A DNA stretch of 64,000 bases, from assembly GCA_016714365.1 (NCBI GenBank), contig JADJNH010000007.1, positions 531,109 through 595,108 on the forward strand, in the 5' to 3' direction. The position numbers and the translations under genes are program-made. The notes under the pieces were generated by a model. The model searched no databases. It saw nothing but the letters and a program-made list of their open reading frames with translations, and was not told the DNA's origin. Below are positions 36,070-51,000 of the stretch, in pieces (position 1 is the first letter of the stretch; each line of letters starts with the position of its first letter). The DNA comes from Candidatus Vicinibacter affinis. Its GTDB lineage: Bacteria > Bacteroidota > Bacteroidia > Chitinophagales > Saprospiraceae.

Positions 36070-39000
36070 TTATCTATTCTGCTTTACGAGCTTCATGGTT
36101 TTTGTCCATTGTCCCTGGCGCAGGTGGAGAATATACACTCCATCCGGATAGTTTTCTCCAAACTCAGCTGCATCTGTCTGGTTCTTGTAGAACCTCTTTT
36201 CGACCATTTTACCATAGGAGTTAAAGACGGACATTTCAATGTCAGACTTATCGTCGCTGTTGATAAACAGGTTGAAGAAGTAGGATGTAGGGTTCGGGAA
36301 CACTTTTACGTATCTGGTTGGCTCAACTAACTCAGAAATTCCAAAATTATGATCATCCAGACCACCTTCATGGTCGTGGTCATGGCCATTCCATTGTTCT
36401 TCCTGATGTCCTGCGAATGCCGGTGGAGGACCACAAAGGTCATCACACTTACCAATTTTATCTCCTCCGTGGCCTGGAACGTGAGTAGGCACGCTGGCAA
36501 TGGTTACCGGAGTGGTTACGCCTGAATGACAAACATAAATTGAGCCTCCGTTTGATCCCGGAACTTTAACATCCTTCACACAGAAGGTAACTGAACAGGT
36601 GGTTGTACAACCATTGCTGTTGGTCACGGTCACTGTGTAGGTAAAGTTACCCGGTACTGTTGGTGCAAAGGTAGGACTCTGACAGTTGGTACAATTGATC
36701 AGGTAAGTAGTCGGGCTCCAGCTGTAAGTGAAACCTGAACCTCCGGTAGGATTACAAGTCATCAACACCGTCTGAGGACCATAACCGAGGTAAACGTTGT
36801 TTGGAATACCGCCGGTATAGGCGCCCGTTGCCGGAGTAAGCGTGATTGAGCATGTAGGTTTGTAACGGATGGTTACTACCGAAGTACAAGTTTTGGAGTT
36901 ACCCGAAGCATCTGTGGCTGTTAAGACCACATTGTTGTTGATCGGATCTGCACATGTGAACACTGACTTATTAATACTGAGTGTAGGCGATCCACAATTG
37001 TCTGTTGCGGTAAGCCTAACTTGAATCGGAGTGATCGTTTTCGTTCCACCAACCAAATCAACCGTAATGTTTTTGCAGGTCACATTTGGCTTAATGGTAT
37101 CCAATATAGTAACTACTGCAGTATTCATACCCATGTTATTCGCAGCGTCTTTTGCGGTCAATGTAACCGTATTAGGCCCAATGTTGCTGCAGTTAAAGCT
37201 GGTCTTTGATAAGGTCAGACTGGTGATTGCACAATTGTCGTAGCTGCCATTGTTCACATTGGCAGTCAACAAGGTTGCAGTACCCAAAGCATTCAGATAC
37301 AACGTTACAGGTTTGGTAATCACAGTAGGCTTGGTGGTGTCATTCACCGTTACAGTAAATGTACAAGTTGCTGAATTACCACAACCATCTGTAGCTGTCA
37401 TGGTCACAGTAGTAGTGCCTACATTGAAGAAGGTGCCGGAGTTTTTACTGTAGGTAATGACCGGCATTCCTGAACAATTATCTGTTGCTGAACCACTGAA
37501 AGTAACCGTTGCTCCGCAAACACCGGTTGCATTTGGCTGCGTAATGTTGGCAGGGCAGGTTGGTGTCGGATTGATGTTGTCGTCCACGGTAATGATCTGG
37601 TTACATGAGCTTTCGTTTCCGCAAGCATCTTTGAAATACCAGGTCCTTGTTACCGTCATCGGGCAAGTGCCAACCGCAACGTCTTTGTATTCCACTGTTA
37701 CAATTCCGCAAGTATCCGAAACATTACCCCAGTTTGGAGAAGATTCAAACACTGCTTCGGTGGATGCAGTCCTTACTGCTGAATAAGGAGGATCTGTGAT
37801 ATCGGCTGTGGTGCATCCGGAGATGTCTCGAGCCTCCGCACAATCTTCAATATCCGGTGCAGTTACATCCAGTACATTGATGATTTGATTACAAGTAGTA
37901 GAATTACCACACACATCGCTTACTGTCCAGGTTCTGGTCACCACAATTGGGCAAGTCCCGGAAGCCACATCCTTATAAGTTACTGCATTGATGCCACAGA
38001 CATCAGTTGCAGCTCCCTGGTTGGTTGCATTGGAGAACACTGCATAACTGGATACTTTGGTAGTGGCAGAGTAGACAGGTCCTGTAATGTCTGCTGTGCT
38101 GCAACCATTGATGTTGCGCGTCACAGGACAAACTGAAATAGATGGAGCCTGAGTATCGTCCACTGAAATCGTCTGGTTGCAAGTACTGCTGTTGCCGCAA
38201 GCATCTGTCAATCTCCAGGTACGTGTTACCACCACCGGACATTCGCCACTGGCCGCATCTTTGTATTCTACTGTTACAATTCCACATGCATCTGTTGCCG
38301 CTCCGTTATTTGGTGCAGATGAATAAACACTGTACGTGCTGGCTGCCCATGTCATGGAGAATGGTGGATTGTCAATTGATCCTAATCCACAACCTTCAAT
38401 AGTACGTGTTGCAGGACAAACTGTAATCGTCGGTGCCTGCGTATCGTCTACATTGATGGTTTGTATACAAGTCGTTTGGTTACCACATGCATCTGTGATC
38501 TTCCAGGTACGGGTTACTACTATTGGACAAGTTCCGGATTTGCTGTCCTGATATTTAACAGTAGCGATTCCGCAAATATCAGATGCATCTCCCTGATTGG
38601 TTCCATTTTCGAACTCTGCTTCTGAAGAGTTGGCTTCTGTTGCTGAGTAGGCAGGACCGGAGATGGCTCCTGTATTGCAACCCTCAATATTGCGGGTTAC
38701 GGCACATGCATTGATGACCGGATTTTGAGTATCGTCCACGGTAATCGTCTGTACACATACATCGGAGTTACCTGCTGCATCACTGATGGTCCAGGTTCTG
38801 GTCACTGTGATCGGACAAGTACCGGAAGCAACATCCTGATACTGTACCAGGGTAATGCCGCAATTCTCGATGGCATCGCCATTGTTTGGCGCGCCGGAGA
38901 ATATGGCATAAGTAGTCGTCGCAAGCGTTGCACTGTAAGCAGGGCTTGTTATGGCACCTGTATTGCAACCCTCAATGGCACGGGTCTCAGGACAATTGAG

Positions 39001-42000
39001 GATGATTGGATCTTCTATGTCATTAACCGTTATGGTGAAGCTGCAAGAAGCGGTATTTCCACTGGCATCTGTTACTTCAAAAGTGTTGGTTGTTACGCCA
39101 ACAGGGAAGTAAGTGCCACTTGGTTGACCTGCAGTCTGCACTGTGTTTGGATTAGGACAGTTGTCCGTTCCTACAGGTGCGGTGTAAGTCACCAAAGCAG
39201 AACAGATACCCGGGTCACTGTCTTCTACAATATTAGCAGGGCAAGTGATCTGAGGATCCTCCGTATCATTTACAGTTACTGTAAAGCTGCAGGTTGCGGT
39301 ATTGCCACTTGCATCGGTGACTTTAAACGTATTCGTAGTCACCCCGACAGGGAATGCAGAACCGCTACCTAAACCGGATGTCTGAACGGTATTTTGTCCA
39401 GGACAATTATCGGAACCAGTAGGTGGTGTGTAATTCACTTCGGCAGAGCAGTATCCTGCATCATTGCTTACTACTACATTCGCTGGACAAGTTATCTGAG
39501 GTAATTCGTTATCGTTCACGGTTACCGTAAAGCTGCAGGTAGCAGTATTGCCCATAGCATCTGTAACTTTGAAAGTATTCGTTGTGACGCCTTTAGGGAA
39601 TATTGCACCACTTGCCAATCCGGTAGTCTGAATGGTATTTGCTCCAGGACAATTATCTGTTCCGGTTGGGGCAGTATAATTAACCACAGCAGTACACAAT
39701 CCAGGGGTAGTATTGGTAATGATATTGGCAGGGCAGGTGATCTGCGGTAATTCATTATCATTCACAGTTACCGTAAAGCTGCAGACCATCATATTTCCGG
39801 TTGCATCCGTCACTTTAAATGTGTTGGTTGTCGTTCCTTTAGGGAATGCAGCGCCACTGGCTAAACCAGCTGTCTGAATGGTATTTGCACCAGGACAGTT
39901 GTCTGTGCCTACAGGTGTAGCGTAATTCACTACTGCGGTACACAATCCTGCATCCGTGGATACTGTGATGTTATTTGGACAACTGATTTGCGGCAATTCG
40001 GTATCGTTGACAGTTACCGTAAAGCTACAAGTCATGGTATTGCCAGCCGCATCTGTTACCTTGAAGGTATTCGTAGTAGTTCCAACAGGGAAGTAAGAAC
40101 CACTCGCCAAACCTGCAGTCTGGATGGTATTTGTGCCAGGACAGTTGTCCGTTCCAACAGGTGCGGTGTAAGTCACCAATGCAGAACACAAGCCTGGATC
40201 GTTACTCACCACAATATTGGTTGGGCAAGTGATCTGAGGAGCTTCTGAATCGTTCACCGTAACCGTAAAGCTACAAGTGGTGATATTTCCTTCGGCATCT
40301 TCTACCTGGAAGGTATTGGTCGTCACGCCTACAGGGAAAGCAGCGCCACTTGGCAAGCCAGCAGTCTGGGTGGTATTGGCACCCGGACAATTATCGGTTC
40401 CAACTGGTGTGGTATATGTTACCACTTTAGAACATAGACCCGGTGTATTGGTAGTTACGATGTTGGCAGGGCAGGTAATCTGCGGAGCTTCCTCATCATT
40501 TACTGTGATCGTAAAGCTGCATGTTGCTGTATTCGAAGCTCCATCCGTCACTTTGAAAGTATTGACTGTCACGCCAACAGGGAAGGAAGAACCACTTGGA
40601 AGCCCAGCCGTCTGAACGGTATTCGCACCAGGGCAGTTATCTGTACCAACAGGTGCGGTATAATTTACAATGGCAGAACAGTTTCCATTGTCGTTAGCCA
40701 CTATGATGTTGCCAGGACAAACAATCTGAGGGACTTCAGTATCGGTCACCGTAACGGTAAAGCTACAGGTAGCCATGTTTCCACTGGCATCCGTTACCTT
40801 AAATGTATTGGTGGTTACACCAACAGGGAAGTAAGATGCACTGGCAAGACCTGCTGTCTGAATGGTATTGGCTCCAGGACAATTATCGGTTCCGATTGGT
40901 GCAGTATAATTTACCAATGCAGAACATAAGCCCGGATCGTTGTTTTTCACAATATTGGCAGGGCAAGTGATCTGAGGTCCCTGTGCATCTGTAACTGTGA
41001 CCGTAAAACTACAAGTTGCTGTATTTCCTGCGGCATCAGTAACCTTAAAGGTATTGGTGGTCACCCCAACCGGGAAGGTAGCTCCACTGGCAAGACCGGC
41101 TGTTTGAACGGTATTTGGTCCAGGGCAGTTGTCTGTACCCACTGGAGCGTTATATGTCACCACTGCAGAGCAGAGATTCGCATCGTTAGGCACGGAAATA
41201 TTCGAAGGACATGAGATCGCAGGTAACTCGGTATCGTTCACAGTAACTGTGAAACTACAAGTTGCTGTGTTGCCCATGGCGTCGGTTACTTTGAAAGTGT
41301 TGGTTGTAACACCTACAGGGAAGCTTGCGCCACTGGCAAGACCCGCTGTCTGAATGGTATTGGCTCCAGCGCAATTGTCTGTACCTACAGGTGCAGTATA
41401 ATTAACAACAGCGGCACACTGACCGACTGTGTTTGACACTACAATATTTGCAGGACAAGTAATCTGAGGTAACTCATTATCATTAACGGTTACGGTAAAG
41501 CTGCAAGAAGCTTTCACGCCGCCTGCATCCGTTGCTTCATAAGTAACATTTGTAGTTCCTTTAGGGAATGCAGCACCACTGGCAAGACCGGCAATTCGTG
41601 CGGTTGTAACGCCAGGGCAATTATCTGTACCCACAGGAGTGGTATAATTCACCACAGCTGTACAAAGTCCGGCATCGGTAGAAACTGTGATGTTATTCGG
41701 ACAAGTGATTTGTGGTGCTTCTGTATCATTTACGGTCACCGTAAAGCTACAAGTAGCAGTTAATCCACCGGCGTCAGTCACTTTGAAAGTATTGGTGGTC
41801 ACTCCCACAGGGAAGTAAGAACCACTGGCCTGTCCTGCAGTCTGGATGGAATTGGCACCCGGACAGTTGTCTGTTCCGGTTGGTGCAGTATAAGTTACCA
41901 ATGCAGAACACAAGCCCGGATCGTTGCTCTTCACAATTGGTGAAGGACAAGTGATCTGAGGTGCCTGGGCATCTGTAACCGTCACCGTAAAGCTACAAGT

Positions 42001-45000
42001 TGCCGTATTTCCTGAGGCGTCTGTAACCTTGAAGGTATTGGTTGTCACTCCCACAGGGAAGGTGGCTCCACTGGCAAGACCTGCTGTTTGAACTGTATTT
42101 GGAGCAGGACAGTTGTCTGTTCCTACAGGAGCTGTATAAGTCACCACTGCAGAGCAGAGATTGTTATCATTTGGTACTGAGATATTAGACGGACAAGAGA
42201 TTGCCGGTAATTCCGTATCGTTCACCGTAACGGTGAAGCTACAAGTTGCCATAGCTCCAGGTACATCTGTTACTTTGTACACAATGGTGGATACACCTAC
42301 CGGGAAGCTAGATCCACTGGCAAGGCCAGATTGCTTCACGGTTACTGAGCCCGGACAATTGTCTGTACCTACTGGTGCAGTATAATTGACCACTGCGGAA
42401 CACATTCCGGCATCATTGGATGCAGTTATGTTTGCAGGGCAAGTAATCTGTGGCGCTTCTGTATCGATAATGGTTACTGTAAAGCTACAAGTGGTCATTA
42501 ATCCACCTGCGTCCGTTGCTTTGTAAGTAACAAGTGTAGGAACTCCTACCGAGAAGAAGGAACCATTTGCATTCGGTGGTGTAGTGGTAAGCATTACGCC
42601 CGGACAGTTGTCAGAGGCGGTAGGCTCATTCCAAGACACGGTTCGACCGCATAGGCCAGGATCATTACCCAATGGTCCAATGTTTGTAGGACAATTGCTG
42701 ATGATCGGTGGCTGGTTGTCTACTATGGTCACGGTGAAGGAGCAAGTAGTAGAATTGCCGTTAATATCTGTAGCGGTATAAGTTACAGTTGTAACCCCGA
42801 CCGGGAACAGTGCTAGCGCAGTTGGTGGAATGTTTATGATGTTCACTGATGGATTACTTGGAGAGACTGTCAATGAAGCAATGCCACAATTATCTAATGG
42901 AGTTGGAATTGTCCAACTATGCGTTTGCTCGCAAGAACCTGTTACTGCATTTAAAGTTACATTTCCTGGACAAGTAATCGATGGTGGCGTATTATCTTCA
43001 AGTAACACATTAAAGTTACATGTAGCCGTATTGTTACTCATATCAGTGACTGTAAGTGTTACAATTACAGTCTGTTCACCTGTATACATTGTTCCAATAG
43101 CTGGCGACTGTGTAACAACATACATTGGACAATTGTCATTGGCCGTCGCAAGTCCAATGTAATCTGCTAACAATGTTTTACAATTAGCATCAAGATATTG
43201 TGTTTGGGTAGTTGGACAACTGATTGTAGGATTTTCATTGTCATTTACTGTAATTGTGAATGTACAGGTCGCCGTATTGTTGCTCATGTCTGTAACTGTC
43301 CACATCACCGTTGTAACTCCTTTTGGAAAATCACTTCCGGCTAGACTACTGGTCATGTCATAGTTATTGACAATACTTGCCATTGGACAATTGTCATTAA
43401 ATGATGTTGGATCAAATTCTGTTCCTACTGCTGTATAATTACATTCTCCTAAATCTGTATTCTTTGTCTGATTTACCGGACATGTAATAACAGGTAAAAT
43501 TGAATCATTCACAATCACCGTAAAGCTACAAGTACCCGTATTAGGTACAGCATCAGTTGCAGTCCAGGTAACTACTGTGGTACCTTTAAGGTAATCACCA
43601 CTTGCGTTGCCGGTATTGTTGAAATTATTTAGGTTAGAAATGATTCCGCAATTGTCTATGGTAGCAACATCAAAAATCAAAGCAGTTTTACACATACCCG
43701 GATCGGTGTTCACCGTAATTGAATTGTTAGGTCCAAATGGTGTTCTGATCCAGTCGACATTCTCCATGTTAACGAGGGTTCCGTTTTGTGCAGATCCTGC
43801 AATGTCTTTCGCTACGGTTCCTGTTCCTTCCTCTAAGTTATAATAGGCAACCAATCCAGGCTCTGTTCCTAATAATGAAGTGCCGAGATAAGTCTTAATT
43901 TGTGCAGCAGTAAGTGCCTGGTTGAATACACCCACTTCATCCATTTTACCATTGAAGTAATCAATGTTGGATGAAGTCTTAAATGCCATGGTCAGAGGGC
44001 TACCATTGTTCACAATATTTCCGGAAATGGTTCCTGTGGAGGTTCCCATCAAAACACCATTTACATATACATTGACTTTAGATCCGGTGTAAACTCCGGC
44101 GACATGAATCCATTTGTTGGTAGGTAATAAATTCGATCCACCTGAACCTACGGTTCCTGCAGAATACCAACCATTACTGTTTGTTGCAACCACAAAGTGG
44201 AAACTTCCGTTGGCGCCAATGATCAAGCGATAAGCATTTTCCTTGGCAATAGGTGCGTAATTCTGAACCGGAAGGGCATCTATTTTCATCCATCCCATTA
44301 CAGTAAGTGCGCCCATTCCTTCCAGAACTGCATTGTCTGCTACGGTAACATATTCGTTTGTTCCGTCAAAATCAAGGCCCTTACCAATTTTACAGAAAAC
44401 CTGTGGATTTTCACCATCGTTCACTGTAACCATGATGGTACAAGATGATGAATTACCACAAGCATCGGTAGCAGTCCATATAATGGTGGTGGTACCTGTA
44501 GGTAAAGTGTCGTTTGCTAAAGTATTGGTAAGATTGAAGTTATTGGTAATGGTCACAGCACCTCCACACAAATCAGAAGCAGTTGCGTTGAACTCAGTAC
44601 CACTTACTATATAGCCGCAATAGCCTAAAGTAGTTCCTCTAGTAAACGGACTTCCACTGGCGCAAGTTATGGCAGGTGGTGTCTGGTCGCTACCGGTATT
44701 GGAATAAGTTCTGTTGGTTAATGCATTGTTACATTCATCTAAAACACTAAAAGTATAAGTTACGGTCCAGTTGCAATCTGTTCCTGTAACGACAGTGTTT
44801 GTCAGAGTTGCTGTTACCGGGCCAGAACAATTATCGGTATATCCTAATTTCGCATTGGTTGCATTGAAAGGTGCCGCAGTTGCAGCATTAGCTTTACATG
44901 CATTTGTTCCTGAAAATCCGGCGTAAGGAGTACCTGTCAATGTTGGGGCGGTCTGGTCGCTTCCGGTGTTTGAATAGGTACGACCAGTTAATTCGTTACC

Positions 45001-48000
45001 GCACACATCCTTTACGGTAAAAGTATAAGTTACTGTCCAGCCGCAATCTGTTCCAGTTACATTGGTATTGGTCAGTGTGGCTGTTAAAGCACCCGTACAA
45101 TTATCTGTGTATCCTAATATTGCATTGCTTGCGCTGAATGGAGCTGCAGTGGCTGCATCTGCTTTACATGCATTAGTTCCTGTAGTTCCGGCATAAGGGG
45201 TACCTGTCAAGCTTGGTGCCGTAACATCATTTACAGTAACCACTTGTGTACAAGTTGCCGTATTCCCGGTAGCGTCTGTTGCTTTCCAAGTTCTGGTCAG
45301 CGTAAATCTGTGATCGCATGTTTGATTGGTGACCACTTCTGTTACGGTAACAACAACTCCCGGGCAATTATCTGTAGCAATAGCAGGGCCTCCTGTGTTG
45401 GCAATAGTAGCGTCTGCTGCGCATGAAACAGTAACGTCATCCGGACAATCTGTAATTACAGGATTCTGATTGTCGTTAACGGTAACTGTGAAGCTACAAG
45501 TGGCCATGTTCATACTGCCATCTGTAACTTTGAATGTATTGGTTGTCAATCCCACAGGGAATGCTGCTCCACTGGCTAAACCTGCAGTCTGTGTAGTCAT
45601 TGGACTTGGGCAATTATCCGTGCCTACCGGTGTGGTGTAAGTAACAACGGCGGAACATAGACCTGCATCTGCATTGACTACTATATTAGAAGGGCAAGTG
45701 ATCTGAGGCAACTCGTTGTCGTTGACCGTTACAGAGAAGAGGCACAATTTTGTGTTGCCACTTACATCTGTTGCAGTGTAAGTCATATTGGTTGTACCCT
45801 TAGGGAAGATTGATCCCGGAGGTAAGTTTGGTGATAAGGAAAGACTGACTCCCGGACAGTTGTCGGAAGCTGTTGGTGCCACCCAAGTTACTAATGCAGT
45901 GCAAAGACCAGGGTCGGTACTTTTTACGATGCTGTTCGGACAACCGGTGATTATTGGCAATTCATTGTCAATCACCACCACATTAAACATACAAGTGGAC
46001 TTGTTTCCACAAGCATCAGTTGCCTCGAATTTTTGAAGGGTAGTTCCAACCGGGAAGAAATCTCCTGACATGTATCCTGAGCCATCTACTTTAACAATTG
46101 TCGGAATTCCAGAGCAATTATCCGTAGCAGTTGGGGCAGCGTAAGTAACTGATCTTCCACACAATCCTGGAGCCACATTGACCGTAATTGTGGTAGGGCA
46201 AGAAGTGAAGGTTGGAGGGGTTTGATCACTTCCGGTATTTGAATATGTTTGTCCGGACAAAGTATTACCACATCCATCTTTAATATCAAAAGTATAGGTA
46301 ACAGTCCAATTGCAATCTGTACCAGTAATATTGGTATTTGTAAGTGTAGCCGTTACAGGGCCCATACAATTGTCTGAATAACCTTGAATAGCATTGGTCG
46401 CATTAAATGGTGCAACGGTGGCTGCATTTGCCTTACATCCATTATTGCCTGTTGTTCCAGGGTAAGGTGTACCTGTTAAAGTAGGAGCCACTAAATCCTG
46501 AATGGTTATCGCCTGTGTAGCTGTACTAGAATAAGAACATCCATCTGTTATTGTAAAGGTTCTATTCACCACTTGTGGACATGTTCCATTGAGCACGTCT
46601 ATGTATGAGAAACTAAGACCAGGTGAGACGTCGGTAGCAGATCCCCCTTCAGCGAAATACTGAGATTCGGATATTGCAGAGGTGGTTGTAGAGTAAGGCA
46701 GATTGACGCCCAATGTCCTAAAATTATCCCAATAAATATCATAGGTCACACCCGGAGAGGCAGTATTATGCCCCTGGAGAATGACATTACCAATATAAGT
46801 TGAGGCAAATGCAGGTGTGTTTAAAACCAAATTTCCTACTTTATAGACAAATTGATTCCCTACTAGTCTGACCACTAAAGTTTGCCAAGTATCATAGGCA
46901 AAACCTGCAGGTAAACCCATATCAACCCAACCAGTATTATTGTCCCAACCTCTAAATCGTGGCACACCTCCATCGGAGGTAAATTCAATAATTGGATAAG
47001 CCACTACAACATTAAGATTATTGAAAGCACTTCCCCACATACCCGCCATACGACGTCCAGTGGTAGCCCATGAAGAAGGTATAAATAAATCCATGGAGAA
47101 ACTTAAAGCATTACCTATATCATATTTTCTGCCCTGGGTATTGTAAAATGCGCTCTGGTAAGCTGGTGGCCTACAAGTCTCACAATCTGATGCATCTATT
47201 TGTTGTTTGATTCTGTCACCACCCATAAAATTACTGACTGCAAAACCAAAAGGTGGATAGCGATCAGGGTAATAAGTTTGTGGAGCCTGTGCAGGTCCCA
47301 CATTTATTTGCTTAGCTTGAGGCAGCACCGCAGTACTACATCCATTAATAGTTACATCGGCGGGATCAATTACAGTTGGGGCAACCCCGTCAACAGTAAT
47401 TAACTGGCTTTTAACCATTGGACATCCCGGAATGGTTACAGTTACTGTATAAGTTGTATTGCTTACAGGCGAAACTGTGATACTTGGTGTAGTAGCACCT
47501 CCCGGAGACCACAAATACGCTGTTGCTCCAGCTGTGGTTGCATCCAATGTAACATTGTCTCCTGAGCAGATGATAGCATCATTTGGATAAGTACCACTTG
47601 TTTCAGTTACAACAATGGTAGCGGTAGGTGATACCAGTATACCTGTACCACCTAAAAGTGGTGGAACATTATTAAAGAACTGACAAAATATAACTTTTGT
47701 AGTAATATTTGCACCAGTGCCAGGCCCAACAGGACCAGGACCACTCGCTGCATTCCAATAATTCTTAGTTGCATCTACATCCGTAGGACTTAAATTCTCT
47801 ACACCGTAAGTAGTTCCAGAGAACCAGTTGTTGTCAGTAGCTGTAACAGAACCTGCATTCGCTGCTAGTTGAAGGTCTTTACCGTTTGGTAATAGAGTTT
47901 CAAAAAACTTATTTGTTTTGACAGTACCGGTACCGCTGTTGATAAAACGTACTCCAATGCCGTTGTCATATATATGGTTGTTTTCTATTAATGCGGAACC

Positions 48001-51000
48001 TCCGTCGACGTCAATTCCGATGGTATTGCCATTAATGGATAGAGGGTTATTTTTAACTGTAGCAGATGCATCTGGTCCTAAAACCAAAATACCTACAGGA
48101 CTGCCAGAAACATTAGTATTCCCTTTTATTTCTGCAAAAACTGTTGCACCATTTGTATTCAAAGGATTGTCGTGTACTCTTATCCCTGCAATAGTAGCAC
48201 CTGTAACAATAACACCATCAATAGTGGCAAAAGTAGGGTCAGCATTTGAAGTATATCCTTCGTAGTTGTTTACATTTATTCCAATTTTTGTATTTGTAAT
48301 GTTACCTCCAGATATGGTTGGAGCAACTTGACAGTTCCAAACATTAATTCCTTCAACCACTGACCTTGTAGATCCTGTACCATTTATAATATTATTTGTG
48401 ATGAATGAAGCAGTATTCTGTAATGACCCTAATAAAATACCCCTCCATCCAGTTTCGTTTGTGTTATCAAGAGTCGTTAAAGTATTAGTAGATAAGGTGA
48501 AAGGGGAAGCAGAACTGTAATGCAAATTATGAAAAACACCGACTCTCCTTGATTGAATCGTGTTGTTAGAAATACTTTGATAAGTGTTTGCTCCTGGGTT
48601 AGCCTGCGAGAAATTTCCAGTTTGAATTCCTAATCTAACATTGGTCATGCAGTTGTTGGTAACCGCTGCATACTGATTGTTGTATAGCAATACTCCGCCT
48701 CCCCAAAAATTTATACCAGAACCTGCATCATAAGTTCCAAGATTCTGAATTTTATTATTGGTTATTGTGTGACCAGTAGAAGGCACGCCTGCAGGGTAAT
48801 CATAAAGTGTTAAACCAAAATATGAGAGGTTTTGGATAATGTTGTTGCTGGCTGTTAAATTGTTTATGCCGGTCTCATATACGGTTATACCTTCTGCTGC
48901 ATCTATGTCTGCCCCATTGGTGCTGGAAAATCCACTTGTAATTGCTGTATTATCTCCATCAATGGTGAAACCTTTAATGGTTACATTAGAAGCCGCGACA
49001 TGGAATATTTCACCCGAAGATATTGCTGCTGTGGCAGGAACTACAATCGCCTCGGCAACTCTTGGTGTGGCAGAACAAGGGTCAATATTGGCATTAGGTC
49101 CAAGTATGGTAAGTTGTTTGTTTACAACTATATTTTCCACATAGGTACCTGCTCCTACACTTAAAGTGTGCCCGTTTAAAGTTTGAGGATCGTCGATAGC
49201 AGATTGTATGTCGCAGAAAGTTTCCGAAGTGTTGGTGTTGGTTACCAAATTATTATTGGCACATTGACAAGACCCTGCGGGCTGGAATCCTACATTCCCG
49301 CTTGCATCCACCCCGGTGCTAAGCACTGTTCCCAATAAGATGTCGCCGCTTGCGCCTTCTACAAATGTATTTAGGATGATACCTAAATCGGTAGTTCCAT
49401 GCCAATTACAAACAACATTAATATCGCTGGTAATTCTGCTTATTACTGCTTTATGAGCAAATGCAAAAGAAAGATCATTGCCTTCTATAACAACGTTTGA
49501 TGGTGTTGCATTTACTTTTCCAATTTCCCCAATTCGTATACCGTTTCTAGGGCCGGTTATTTTGTTGTTTTTAATAGTGACATTACTTAGAGATGCAGGG
49601 ATTGTATTGTACGAAGGGGCATCGTCTCTTGCTTTAATGGTAATTGCAGCAGGATTTTGAAGATCACCTGCTGTTCCAGTAAAGCCAGAATTAGTAATGT
49701 CACAATTTTGAATGGTTATATTGGAATAACTTCCATATTTTAAATTAATATCGACACCATTATTAAAACCATATGCTGGATTGGTACCGTTATTATCCAT
49801 CGTAAGATTTTCAAGGATAGCATTACTTAATTTTTCGAAATACAAGCCTTTTTCAAAATTATTACTGATTGTACTGTTTTTAATGTTAATATTATCAAAA
49901 GCAACAGGTGTTGTTGCTTGTGCAATATTAAAGCCCTGCGTATTACCAGTAACTGTGCATCCATCCATAACAAAACCATTCACTGCATTAGCAGTACCTC
50001 CACGAACACCAACAGTAGCACCTAAATAAGTGGTACGTTGAATGTCGGTATTTATAATGTCAACACTCGAGTTGTTTCCTCCAAGATTAACCCCATAACG
50101 ACAATAATCAACTAAGGCAATATTATTAAGAGTTGGATTACCAACTCCATTCAAGAGAACTGCATCTTGATAATTAGTGACATAAATATTTTGCAAGGTC
50201 ACATTAGAAGCTGATACCGTGAAACCTACACCAGTACATGAGGAGGAAGGTGTTAAAACAGTATTGGTTGCAGGGTTGCTGCCTTTTCCAGCTCCAATAA
50301 TAGTAAGCTCTTTTGTTACCGTCACATTTTCATTGAAAGTTCCGGCACTAACCATTAGTGTATGACCATTGAGCGTCTGTGGATCATCAATAGCTGCCTG
50401 GATGGTGCAGAATTTTTCCAATGTGGTAGTATTCATTACTCCGGCACATTTTGTCAAAACAACATCATTTCCATCTCCACCGGCATAATTAATATCAAAA
50501 GTATAACCACTTACTGTTATTACATTTCCTTGCGCAAACTGACCAGAAACTGCATCTGCCAAATCATTGTCAATTATTTTTAATTGATTTCCATTTGCAG
50601 GTATATAACCTAAAATTAAATTCAAAGTGGCTCCACCTAAAGTAACCGTTCCATTTACAATGAACTGATCATATAAAGTACAAGCGGTGGTTCCATCCGC
50701 CTCAATATCCAAAATATCTCCACTATTCAGAACCAAATTACCTGTAATCGTAACGCAAGATGGGCTTGAACCCGGTGCAAGAGTAACCGTCTTACCAGTT
50801 GCATCTGCGCCGCCGGTGTAGGCGGTAGCACCGCCTTCTATGTTCACTCTACCTGCACTGCCCAGAGCGTTAATGCCCCGCTGGATGGATGGGGTTGTTG
50901 TAGACGGGTTTGAGAAACTAGTTTGGGTAACTGAAGTGGTGTTCGCCTTTACCGACACATAACCAAGATCGGAATCGTCGATATCGTGCAGGATTTTATT

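Noticed and set aside
35913-36224. 103-aa plus-strand ORF overlapping the 3' end of giant gene 2 and its terminator
   Set aside because: It overlaps the well-supported T9SS C-terminal domain coding region in antisense and runs through the terminator hairpin. It has no motifs.
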